This document shows positions 54,058 through 64,000 of a stretch of DNA of 64,000 nt, piece by piece. The stretch lies in NCBI GenBank assembly GCA_040954595.2, contig CM082581.2, positions 9,527,878 to 9,591,877 on the forward strand, written 5' to 3'. Both the position numbers and the translations under genes were made by a program. Position 1 is the stretch's first letter. The number at the start of each line of letters is the position of its first letter. Below the pieces are notes generated by a model. That model was not told where the DNA came from, ran no database searches, and saw only the letters and a list, made by a program, of their open reading frames with translations. Source of the stretch: Balanoglossus misakiensis. Its lineage: Eukaryota > Animalia > Hemichordata.

Positions 54058-57000
54058 ATTGTTGCAGGTAATACACAAGGACAATGTACCATCGGCTCCC
54101 TGTTGGTGCAGTGTATGCGTACATGTAGACCAGCCGTCGCCTCGGGTACGCCCTGTCCTCGTTGCTGCGACGACATTCAAAATATCTTGGGATTGGAGAG
54201 ATGTCTCAAGTTAAAAAACGGGCGGTATAAAATGCATCTCTCACTATTCTCCGTATCCAACCATGCAGAAAATGTATACTTAATACAGTTTACAAGCTCG
54301 GCTTAATGACAGAATATGTTTGGGGTGATCCAAATACAGTTTTCCCCCAAAGCATCCGTATGCATTAAACTACCGAAAGAAATGTCAAAATCTACCGATG
54401 TATTAGACGCTTCGGGGTACTAGATATGGTACTTCCGTGCAACGTGCTGTGTGCATTCGACGAGGCGACGCTGGACATGCAAGCCAGCCGAAAGCTTAAT
54501 CTGATCACTGCTAATTCATTGACCCGAGCAAGATCGTACAGATAGTGACGTATTCTAGTTCGCGTTATCTGACATAGATGCATGTGCGCTACCGTCCGCA
54601 CATAATTATCATTATGAGAGAACCCGGTTACAACCCAGCCTGCATCAAACAATTGTTATCAACCAAGGAAGAAATGGATCAGAATATCGTAAAGTCAGGG
54701 GCGTTTATTAAATGTGAAACAAAAATGAAATTTCCATATGCATATTTTAAGAACAGAGAACCCACTACTGCAGTTAACCCACGTACTATAACATTGTCTA
54801 TCAACAAGTGAAGGACATAGCTCTGAAACCTGGCGAGTCAGCACGACGGTGAAATCACCTCGTAACATGAAAATTAAACCAAAGCGAGTTCGTCTGTTTA
54901 CCCTCAAGAATTATAGCTTGGTCGGTTCTTTTGATTTAGCTGATTTGGAACCACGGCCCCTCCCTTTAGTGGAAGGATTGTGGTCATAACGAAGCTCACT
55001 ATTTGTACAGGCCGTCTAGACTAAAATTCTCATATACGAGGATTAATCGTACTAATATTGGGTACATGTACATGTAGCTTGCTGCATATCAACGAGGCCG
55101 TAAAAAATCATTGTCGCCGTAAGCCTTAGGTCCCTTGCGTAATATTTCAAGCAGTCCCTGTTCTGCAGGACGGGTGTATCAAATTCAATCCGATGTACAA
55201 GACGACGAACTATTTTGTTCCGTGTGATAAACCACAGTTGTTAACCACGGCGGACAGAGATTTGCGTTCTGATATGTCTGGTCACGTGATCCAGACTGTC
55301 GCTTCCATATTCGTCTATCGTTTATACGTACGTTTGAGACAAGCGTGCGTGTTCAGATGAACACAGATATGAGAATTGGCGAAGACCTCCGCTGCGATAT
55401 CAAGTGAACCGAAGCCCAGGAACTGAGTGAAATGGAGAAACGCAGGAATTCATTGTAATCGACGACATAGGAAAGGTGAAAGTGCAGTCTTTCAATGGGT
55501 TTGTAATTTGCGTTGCCAACGCTACTTGCGTATTGTGTTTCTTGGATATTTTCTATGCTGGGAGATCTATTTGTGCGTCCACGTTCGGTGCGATTTCCCC
55601 TGCAGAAACGTCCTTTCGTTTGCCCAGGTTTGAATAAAGTAATATTAACTTGGATAAAATAGAATTTTAATTGAATTGAATTGAGTTGATTTGACATGCT
55701 TACCATTTATTTCAGTTTATTGAAATAAACGTCTTTATCAAATATTTGAAATATAGATCATTTTAATGATGTTATTGATCGTGGATTATTGGAATTCTTA
55801 TTGTATCCAATTCAGTAGCATCAGTCGTGAAACATGGTCACATATAATATAGAAAAAACTGGTACGTGCATTTTTGGAGACAGCGGTATACCGCTCAAAT
55901 CCACTGGCTGTTTTGCATGGTATAGACATGAGTGTCTATTCTTCACCTGCGATCCATGCCTTAGAGTCAGTTTCAAACAACTTTAATATTTCTCAGATTC
56001 TGCGTTCTCCCCAAGCGTGTAAATGAGCTGGAATTAATTGCGCTGAAATGGACCCAGGCGTATAATTACACTGCCCTGGTCGATTTCAATTTTTGACAAT
56101 TTACAAGCCCATTATACATTGTTTTGCCGCGGTTCCAATTTTTTACATTCGAAAGCTGCAGAAATTCAATATAGGGACCTTGATGATGACGCAGATACTG
56201 TCCACGTGAAAGGCATCTTTTGCTTATTATCGCCTCATTAACCTGAGAGCGAAAGAAACTGTACACTGGTTGCATCTAACGTAAGTTATACTCTGGGGGG
56301 AACGGAGATAGCCTCCGGCGGTGGTCAAACGCAGAGGGCGGAATTGGTGATTGATCACCGGCGAGGTGGTTCTAAATAGCCGGTGTTGTCGGTGCCGAGG
56401 ACCTCTTATAGTCTGGTCTCATCTCGCTCATTGAAGTCTCACAGGAGAACAATTAGAAGTCGTAGCTTTGACTTGTTTTTGCCTAAGGGCTCGACGGAAA
56501 ATTGTATATTAGATCATGGATCGCGAACACCTGGGGGACGACGTAATGATTTTAACACTTATCTGTCCTACAGGTACCGTTTCTTACTGCAGTTTTATGG
56601 AGTTCGTATGTGTTTGGTCTGCTTGCTTGCCTGCCTGTCTCAGTCCTGTCAATCTGCGCGCCAGTCTGCCCGCCTCATTGGCTCTAAGCCAGTTAGCATT
56701 TCAAGTAGATATTTATCAGCGACACGGTTTTTGAAAAAATATAGGCCTATATAGTGACATTAAGACATCTGTATATTCCTGGTAAATACAGCCTGTACAA
56801 TCAATCGATTTTATCTTCAACGGCACTTATTCTCATTCTGTACTTAATTTTATTCTACTAGAAGTTTTTGCCAAGGGCTTCTACCACTTCACTTCTTCGT
56901 CTTGAACGCCCTTTGAACTTTTGATATTTACAGTGGAAAGTTTTTTCCATACAGTAATGCTTATTTGCAAACGCCTCTGGATCAATGTTCTCCGCAAATA

Positions 57001-57342
57001 TGCTACATCGCCCGGTAAATTATGCAAGTCTATCCGTGATCAATTTGTCGATATAACGAAAATGTTGTTACCGGTCCGTGGTAATTACAACTGTAGGTTT
57101 GCCAAAATCACTGCTTTGTTATTGACATTACGACATAATGTCGATACCAAATGACATTAATCAGAAAGTCAGTACTCGTCACCTATAATGAGATCAACAG
57201 TCTACAGGACTTTAAAATCGATAAAATCACACGACTTATTATTTCTAACTCAACTCCACTTTGCTGTGCTGTTACCAGTTGCGACTCAAACAGAGGGAAC
57301 ACACTCCTATACAAACTAACGAGCCCAATAAAAAACTTATTT

Positions 57343-57702
57343 CCCTATTACTTTTCAAAGTAATTTCGGGAAAGTTCTAATAAAGCAAAGGCCCGCATTA
57401 TGTTCAGACCATCTGGTATTATAGAGGGAGTTCTTACGTAATAGAATTTGCGCAATAATCATATAGTCTCTGGAAAATGAAATAGTGAACACTCATAAAT
57501 TCCAGGTTTTCAAAGACAGACGCCCTATTATTTTTCGAAGTAATTTCGGGAAAGTTCTAATAAAGAAAATGTTCACATTATTTTCTGACCATCTGCTCTT
57601 ATGGTGGGAGTCTTTACGTAATATAATTTGCGCAACAATCAGTCTTCGGAAACAAAAATAGTGAACACTCATAAATTCCATTTTTTTTTCAAAGACAGAC
57701 GC
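57343..57702. repeat. 180-bp tandem duplication, 2 diverged copies
   Basis: Units start at 57343 and 57523 (ccctatta.tttc.aagtaatttcgggaaagttctaataaag...tttcaaagacagacg). Confidence 0.93.
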
Positions 57703-60700
57703 TGCGAAATGTTGCTGATCATAAGGGAGAGAGAAAATCAGTACTTGCCGATTATTAACACCGACCGCCTAACTCGTCTACGTGTCTTAAGCGTTGAAAT
57801 TATCACGCTGAGGTTCCCCAGATTCGTTGCTGTAATGTCTTCACTACATATAATACAGCTCGCGCATATTCAGTACATTCTCTGACGCAATCGTTGCTAA
57901 CCTATCACCCGTCACCATCTGATAAATCTCGGAGAATACGATACTATCGCGTGATTGGAGAGCTTGGAGCGACGTTGGCCTGCTCCAATACACCACCAAG
58001 AAAAATTATTCATTTCGAGAGCACAGTAAGATTAGCGCAACTTGCTCGTCCACCTTCGTGTTCCCTAAAGCAGAGCCTGTCGATCTGGGCATGATATGAG
58101 ATTTCTCGGATACATAAACGGGCCCTGTCCGCTTGTCACAAAAACTATAGTGCGCCTGTTCTTGGCACATTGACACATGTTCCATTTACCCTTCTGGTGT
58201 GTCTCTAATGATATTATCTAAATGTAACACGCATTTGCGAAAGGTGAAGGATTCACACTGCCATTAAATTTCAATTTTTTATGGCTCGATTTCCTCCCCT
58301 AGAAATCGTGCACCTGTCAGAAGGATCAGTCCTTATTTATACATATCATGGGAACTTGAGACAGTCAAAGGTACCCACTATCCTGCAGTTGAAACATGAG
58401 CGCGTTCGCCAGTGATGAACGGGGATAACTGCAACAAAAGATGAAAACGATTGCACCTGCGCAAATGTTACAACTGTACAATTAAAGGAGCTACGTTTAC
58501 TCCATCTCTGCCAAACAGCTTTGTGCAAAGTACAGTGCTCTAGTCGACCTAAATATTGTCAGTTCAATGCCTGTAACACATGATTCTTAATCTTGGGTGT
58601 TTCAAATTAACCCTAATCACACTTTTGAGAGTTAAAGCATGTATTTACCCTTTAAAGTGTTTATAAATCCCTATCAATTTCTTGTGGCATTTGCATCAAG
58701 TTTCTTGGACCATACACTTTCGTTTTGTTGTACATGTACGTGAAGTGGCACTTACTATAATAATGTTTACATGAATTGGCGATAAGGGAAGCTTTCCATT
58801 TTTTTCTGAAAGGTCACAAGCCGCACAATGTACAAACGAAGCAAATTATGTCAAATTAACGCAATATCTCAAAATCCAAATGGATGCCAGAACCCTGTAA
58901 ACTCTAAGAAACATTCGCAGATGTTGTTGAATATCCACATTTTTTTTCATTCCGGAAGGACTATTTACAACCTCTACTACAAAAGAAATAACGGAAAGAG
59001 TATACTGTGTAGGCCAAACGACCCCATTACCGTTTGAAAGTGGACAGGATCTTACCAATTTCCCCGGCCATTGTCGCTATTCTCCTAAGGAAACGCGGGG
59101 GAACATTTGAACATTTTGATGCCACATGTGTCACGTCGCGCAGGTTACTTAGGAAGAAGTGCGGATATGATTGCTGAAGAGCAACACCAGCGGATATGAG
59201 TATTTGTTCCTTCTGGCCTTCGTGGGTAGAGTTTGTCTGAGACATGCAAATCGCGACCACCGATGAATTTCCGAGAGTGAATCCTGCACTGTGCTGTGGA
59301 AACGAAGGTCGGCGCTCAAGCAATTAAGGTAAAACCGCCGCGGCAGACAATAAACTTCAGGTCGATGCGCAGATAATAACCGATTCATGGCAAGGACGAC
59401 AGGAAATCCAAACTAGAAAATAGAGGCAAAAAATTGGTTCGCTGATTTGACAATTCTTCAACCTGCAGCGATCAATAACAAGTAGTAAACGAACGTTTGA
59501 TCTCCATGTACGGTCTATTATTTTTTATCATTGTTGGTGGGTGAGTTTTTTGCAAAATAAACAGATTCCTCGTGAAATTGATGTTTGTACATCGGAACTT
59601 GTCCAGTCAGGTTTTTGTTTTGGAAGATTGGCAGAAAATACAGTAATTTTTACATGCGTTTACGCTTTAACAGAAACAAACATCGCGAAATGAAAAAAAA
59701 ATGCAAAGAGTAAAATTCCAGTGTTGTCATGACCCTGTAAAAATTATATCGGTGTAAACACACGGGGAAAATATACCCTGTGCCTTAAGTAATTCAAGCC
59801 GGGTTTACATAAAGCTGGCGCCATAGATGATGCTGAAATCACCGCAAGACAAACACCGAGCCCAGTGGAAACCAGAGATTGGACGGACACAATGGTATAG
59901 CCGTGTGCCGGTATACCTCTGATGATTAGTAAACATAATCGGACGGTGTATCCGCGAGACGATCGTTTACTTGCGGGTCTGTGGCAGCATTAGTATATGC
60001 TCAGCCGCAATAAACTCGTGTGTAAATACCTAAGCTGTAGCCTATTTGCGATGTACGCTACGACTTGCAATAATAGACCATGTGGTATATTCAACCCGTG
60101 GTGACTCATTTGAGATCAGTCTGTTTTAAGATTTCTTTATTGGTGTTTGCCGACATACGGGAACCAGGCGAGTGTTGAACCAATATTTTGGCTCCCATGG
60201 AGGGCCACGTTAAAGGAGTTACAATAAATCACCAGTACGGTTAGATTTGAATACATAACAACGCCAAAGTTTACGCGATGACAGACTCCCCCCCCCCCCC
60301 TGGCCCAGTACACGATCCGGTAATTTCGTGAAAGGCTTCCTAAAACACCGCTGAATGCTAAATCTATGTTCGATTCTAGTCTTAGCTAGAATACCAGTGC
60401 AGACGGTCTTCAAACTGACTACCCACGTAAGCAGGAAGATGTTTTTAATAAAGTATATGTTGAATGCAGTGCCTGCGCTTCTCGTTTGCAGTGCTAGGTA
60501 GAACGCCGTCTGTTTGGCGGTTTTAATATCCCTTCCAAAGAAAGGTTACCCTAACTTACTTCATAGCACAAAAGACGGGGTACTAGACTAAGATGCTATC
60601 TGTGGGTGTTTACTCGCCAAAATGACAAAGATCACGTTTTCTAGAGATATTGCAAATATTGAAGCGCACGCCATTATAAAAAGATAAACATTTGAATACT

Positions 60701-60839
60701 GCCATAGACCAAATATTCCCCAAAGCAAGAAGCTACTTATATGTTCCAGCCCCTTCAAATTTTACATACGATGCGACAGGTAGAATTCCAAAGACACACC
60801 GGGTACAAATGCTTGCTTCGAACGGCCCATTTCTTTCGT

Positions 60840-61140
60840 GTGTCTGAAATTCAAAAGATCCTTAGGGTGCATCGGGCATCTGGAAACGATCATATAACGG
60901 GGCTTCTGGATATTTCGCTAGGATTTTTATTGACCAAACACAGTAATAAAATTGCATTTTATGGGGGTCGAATTCGGAATCTGCTAAAGTCGGCACACAA
61001 ACCCAATCGGCTAAGGTTGTTCAATACCCGAGATGTTATACACAGTTTTAAAGTGCACTTTCCTCACACGGTTCTATAGCTCTATCAACCACGCATACTT
61101 CTATACAACTAAACACTGAAAACCTTCAGGCAGATGCATT
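60840..61140 (+). mobile_element. Decayed LINE reverse-transcriptase N-terminal fragment
   Basis: One frame with stops: VSEIQKIL..HRASGNDHITGLL (KA.GPD.I), LLTKHSN...GRIRNLLKSA (LT.IFN...G.FP..WK.A), YQPRILL...LKTF (YRPISLL...K.FE). Confidence 0.45.
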
Positions 61141-61155
61141 CAAAAATTAGTTTTT

Positions 61156-61484
61156 CTTCCAAATGATAGATGGTGATACATCCAAGGCGTGGACTGACAT
61201 GCAATCACCCTCATACGACCTAGCCCTAAAATATGCCGCATATTTCGAAAATGTTTGCTTCCAAATGATAGAATATATTTCATCCAAGGCGTGTACTGAC
61301 ATGCACCTATTTGCCATCATCCTCATACATGTATGAACTAGCCCTAAAAGATGCCTCATATTTCGAAAACGTTTGCTTCCAAATGATAGACTATGATACA
61401 TTACAAGGCGTGAACTGACATGCACATATTTGCTATCACCTTTATACGACCTCGTCCTTTAAAGATACCTCATATTTCGAAAAC
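61156..61484. repeat. ~102-118-bp tandem repeat, 3 diverged copies
   Basis: Units start cttccaaatgataga at 61156, 61258 and 61376, and share caaggcgtg.actgacatgca and catatttcgaaaa. Confidence 0.93.
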
Positions 61485-61749
61485 CTCAGGAAAAACGTTC
61501 TTGTGGATGCTATTGATTATACTCGACATACTTGTGAACACGGATCCGGACAGAGATCAATCAACGGCGTCACATTTGAACGCCAAAGCGGAACACGATA
61601 TCCGCCACTTTTAACGGAAGTTACACGCCTTTCTGATAGAGGCGCAGGTAATAGGATTACCTGGCGGCAAAATGGCCGCCGTAGTACGTGTTAAACTACA
61701 TCAGATCATTGGCGATTTTGACGCAGAGATTGTCTCTTTCGCTGTCCCT

Positions 61750-62086
61750 ATCCAAGATTGCTTCGGTAACAGATTTTCAGAAAATTATACATGTACTTCC
61801 AAACCTTTCAATTCTGTGTTTTATTAACAAAAAAAGAAAACGGGCTATTCACCGTGACTGTCTTTTTTTTTTAATTTTCTCCATTTTGTTAATTTTGAGA
61901 TTGGCGGCCATTTTGAATTTCAAATTTGAGACAATTTTGCTCTCTCATTCATAAATTTGCACAGAGAACTACTATTTGTATTCTCAATTTTAAGGAGAAT
62001 AATCTGCCAACTAAGCTTCTTTATCGTAGAATTATTAGGGCCAAGAGTTCTGTACTCTAAACTCCTCGATCACAGCACTCTACTAA
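61750..62086 (-). mobile_element. Copy 3 of the TTAA-flanked element (reverse orientation; ends approximate)
   Basis: Reverse complement of 61875-62003 aligns to 20580-20710. tcggtaacagattt (~61764) matches the right end of copy 1 (tcggggacagatat on its reverse strand). Confidence 0.65.
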
Positions 62087-62759
62087 GTCTGGCACCAAGA
62101 ATAGATAGGCCGCGTTTGCATGATTGTAAATTTCATGAACGACGCAAACAGTAATATTTCTCTCGTTAATACGTTAATGTCTCGCGTTCACTCAACAGAT
62201 TAGTTTCATATATCACTATGGCGATTACCCTACATGTTATTAAAGACTTATCTATAAAAAGAACTTTGTTGGAAATCGGGAAGGATCACAAGATTCGCTT
62301 TGTAGAATTAAATAACGAGGGGTTCTTTGCGTTGGCCGAAGCGTTGCAAACAGATCTCGGTACTTTCAATAATTTCAAGCCTAGAATTTCTCAACTTTTC
62401 GAAGGAGTCGTGTTTTTTCATGATGGGAAAACTGTTAACATTCAGAGGTTTCGCCGACAATTACGTCATTGGTAAATGGGTGAAAAAGCTCAGACAAAAA
62501 CAATACAAGCAACGGGGGAGACAACTAAATACATTTACGTGTACATTTTAAAGCCCGTTTTTGTCAGAACAAGTTTTATCGTGACAAACGCTCGGAGTTA
62601 TTTGCTACATTTTGTTACCATGGAGAAGTCAACGCAAGAAACTGCGTTTGGATTTAATTCAGAAAACTTGACTGACATGCAGCCATTCATCGAGTTACGC
62701 CAGAATATTCACCAAACTCCCTTCTGGGTATGGAAAACAAGTTAAAAGGATTTCTTGTA

Positions 62760-63660
62760 TTCAGTATTGTACACCAATGACGTTTTCCAGATGGCAGCTT
62801 CAAAGCTTATCCAAAAAAATGTTATACGGATGTGCTCATGCAATTGCGTAAAGTTACGATAATTACAACATCTAGAAAACAGGCTAGCGGGTTACACAAT
62901 GCATGAATGGTTAACGGCTCATCTGTGTTTCTAGGCAGAAATGTTGCCATCATCGACATATTCACAGAGTGAGCAGCATGCCTTTCAACGTAGATAGAAA
63001 CAGTGTGGCTCGTTTACACAAAGTTCGGCTCTTTCAAAAGACCACATATTGTTCATTTGGCATCTCCCTTTCACACGTTGAAAGTCATCTAGTTGAAATT
63101 GTCGCCTCTCGCGAAAGAATCGATATCACATATGTCATGCCACAGTAGCAGCATATGCGTTGGGGGGGGGGGGTGAAGCCATAAACACTTTCGCACTCAA
63201 CAGAGTCACGGTCAGCGCGGTGGAGGCGTGTTTACACATTCTCTATCTGTGGTAACGGCGTATGCCAATTCAATCATCGGTGCCAATGCTGGGAAAAAAG
63301 ATGGGGGAAGGCAGACGCCACCTTGTCTAATACCATTCCTAATGGAGAACTACCACCGGGTATTCAATTACATAGAAACTTTTAACGCGCGTGTGTACAA
63401 TGTTTGGAGAAGGTAATATTCCAATTTCGGTGCATATCCCCAAATGAACCCGTAGTTAGCTTGCGGCCCATTATCCTAAAGAACATTTACGAGTTTCTTA
63501 AATGTGCAACAGGCTCATCACCTTCAAACTGTGTAAGCTTCTTTCTTAGCGCAGACAGGATAACGGGAACATTCACCATATAATTGACTCGCTGTTTCAG
63601 ATGGTAGATCGAGTCGAAGAAACCGCGGTGGTAAAATGTCTGAGGGCTGCAGTGCTGTAC
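62760..63660 (-). mobile_element. Decayed non-LTR retrotransposon (LINE) reverse transcriptase
   Basis: Ordered RT motifs on the minus strand: DSIYHLKQRVNY..PV / KEAYTV (KAFD.V); LLQTLYT...FSIRNGIRQGGV (GIRQG at 63320-63334); frameshift to SPIFF...TDD; AD-VTLLS (YADDLVLL); MTFNV*K; RNFTQLHEHIRITFF. Confidence 0.7.
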
Positions 63661-64000
63661 TGTAAGTAACACTAACAAACTCAGGTAAGCGAGCCACATT
63701 TGACCCTCGGCGCGCAGTGACCTTACACATAACATTCACGATAAAAAATGTACCAATCGTGCTTGATTGTTACTACTGACTGTACATGGGGTATGTTCGC
63801 TGCATATGGACAGTGTTCACAAGTACAGTTTGCATGAAAGACATACCTGATGTGTTTGATAAAGTACGCTAATGCCAAGCCGATATCTTCTCTACTAATT
63901 GAACATCTCAGGTCACGCCGAGTGTTTAGGAGATGATGCGTAATATTCTGCAACGCTCTGCATTCGTGAGCTCGGGTCCGTCTGATGTCAACAAGTTCGC

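Noticed and set aside
61156-61484. CRISPR-like repeat-spacer array
   Set aside because: The whole units are homologous (no unique spacers), the context is eukaryotic, and there are no cas genes.
62218-62745. Adjacent ATG-initiated ORFs of 85 and 89 aa
   Set aside because: No recognisable domain or codon bias. They sit between repeat fossils.
169-63173. Many G/C homopolymer runs of 11-14 nt
   Set aside because: Scattered with no consistent context. Ordinary low-complexity sequence and prone to sequencing error.
49491-64000. Second, mutually exclusive ETHR-A/B-type 3' exon
   Set aside because: I found no second ORF with TM3-TM7 motifs downstream or inside the intron. One could lie outside the window.

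Overview
Animal (eukaryotic) genomic DNA, AT-rich and gene-poor. CpG is not obviously depleted and the repeat style suggests a marine invertebrate, possibly a deuterostome; this is inference only. One protein-coding gene is well supported: a + strand class A peptide GPCR of 414 aa in two GC-rich coding exons (28857-29172 and 48562-49490), split by a 19,389-nt phase-1 GT-AG intron. Its motifs look most like the ecdysis-triggering-hormone-receptor (ETHR) branch of the ghrelin/NMU/PRXamide receptor group. The rest is non-coding. It holds heavily decayed LINE fossils, a SINE core, three copies of a ~320-bp element with TTAA at its clear ends, tandem duplications, microsatellites and a perfect 41-bp inverted repeat. 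Most notable signals: (1) the 8-mer TACATGTA is strongly over-represented, and one tandem repeat shows it arising as a 6-nt insertion at a TA, which fits Tc1/mariner excision footprints; (2) the GPCR exon junction regenerates a 5' splice site, and a YCAY cluster lies upstream of the acceptor; (3) a short dispersed TCTCGCGAGA/X-box-like module. I found no prokaryotic-type system (CRISPR, operon) and no tRNA/rRNA. All homology calls come from motif recognition by eye, not database searches.
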